NCBI GenBank assembly: GCA_025656435.1
Contig: JAHXHT010000001.1
Location: forward strand, 1 to 36,818
Origin: Candidatus Thiodiazotropha sp. (ex Gloverina cf. vestifex)
Lineage (GTDB): Bacteria; Pseudomonadota; Gammaproteobacteria; Chromatiales; Chromatiaceae
Direction of reading: 5' to 3'
Length of the DNA: 36,818 bases
Part shown: in pieces, positions 36,082 through 36,818 of the stretch
Layout: every line of letters starts with the position of its first letter
Position numbering within the stretch: position 1 is the stretch's first letter
Position numbers and translations under genes: made by a program
Notes under the pieces: model-generated
Database searches by the model: none
Told to the model about the DNA's origin: nothing
The model's input: only the letters and a program-made list of their open reading frames with translations

Positions 36082-36486
36082 ATGCGTCATCGCAAATCAG
36101 GACGGCAGTTAAACCGTAACAGCAGTCACCGCAGTGCCATGTTTAAGAATATGGCGGTATCTTTGATCAAACATGAATTGATCAAGACCACTGTGCCCAA
36201 GGCAAAAGAACTGCGACGGGTAGCTGAGCCGCTTATCACCATGTCAAAAAACGACAGTGTTGCAAAACGCCGCTTGGCATTCTCACGCTTGCGCGATAAA
36301 GCAGCGGTTGGAAAACTCTTTGCAGAGCTAGGCCCCAGGTATAAGTCCCGTCAGGGCGGCTATCTCCGCATCCTTAAATGCGGCTACCGTCCTGGCGATC
36401 AGGCACCTATGGCATATGTCGAATTGGTTGATCGACCTGTTGAGGATGTTGCCGAGGAGAGTGAAGAGGCTGAAAGCGAAGAATAA
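36082..36486 (+). CDS. rplQ: 50S ribosomal protein L17
   Basis: [37 protein letters not shown]; short acidic tail. Confidence 0.99.
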   Translation: MRHRKSGRQLNRNSSHRSAMFKNMAVSLIKHELIKTTVPKAKELRRVAEPLITMSKNDSVAKRRLAFSRLRDKAAVGKLFAELGPRYKSRQGGYLRILKCGYRPGDQAPMAYVELVDRPVEDVAEESEEAESEE

Positions 36487-36516
36487 CCTCTTTCATCGTA
36501 TCTGCTCTTCTTGAGT

Positions 36517-36550
36517 AAAAAAACCGGACCTTAGGGTCCGGTTTTTTTTT
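36517..36550. terminator. Bidirectional intrinsic terminator closing the alpha operon
   Basis: A7-CCGGACC-TTAG-GGTCCGG-T9. Confidence 0.92.
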
Positions 36551-36818
36551 ACCCAAAAAGGGCAATCAGCTTTCCTTATGAGCTATGAGGTGGCTCAATG
36601 TATTTAAATAAGACTAAATTGTGCATTGTGATTGGGTAAATCACTGATCACTTGTCATTTTTTTTTAGTGTCTTAATAAGGTTGTTGAGTGGGACAGACT
36701 GTTCGGTCGTATTTTTATGCTGTTCAGCTTCAGTCGCTGATCGCCATGGAAGGCTGAAAGCCGAGGCGATTAGTCCCCGATAGGCGTAGGCGCGGTTGTA
36801 TGGCCGTAATTGTGACTG

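Overview
This window is almost entirely housekeeping sequence from a Gammaproteobacterium. The + strand carries an uninterrupted transcription/translation supercluster from 4403 to 36486: tRNA-Tyr/Gly/Thr, tuf, tRNA-Trp, secE, nusG, rplKAJL, rpoBC, the str, S10, spc and alpha operons, and a closing bidirectional terminator. Divergently on the - strand lie an LbcA-like TPR lipoprotein gene, ispE, tRNA-Gln, prs and the 5' part of a malic enzyme gene. I found no CRISPR array, defence system, prophage or transposase, and I cannot support a new multi-gene system here. The unexplained signals are small and mostly non-coding. (1) Malic enzyme homology stops abruptly at nt 88 and is replaced by an 87-nt palindromic sequence that keeps the frame open. 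(2) An RtT-like structured repeat of the tRNA-Tyr 3' end follows tRNA-Tyr. (3) A near-consensus internal promoter plus a terminator-like hairpin sits between rpsN and rpsH. (4) There is no S10 leader. (5) lolB is missing from its usual position. (6) The tRNA-Gln D-loop is atypical. Gene calls rest on recognising protein motifs by eye. No database search or folding program was run.
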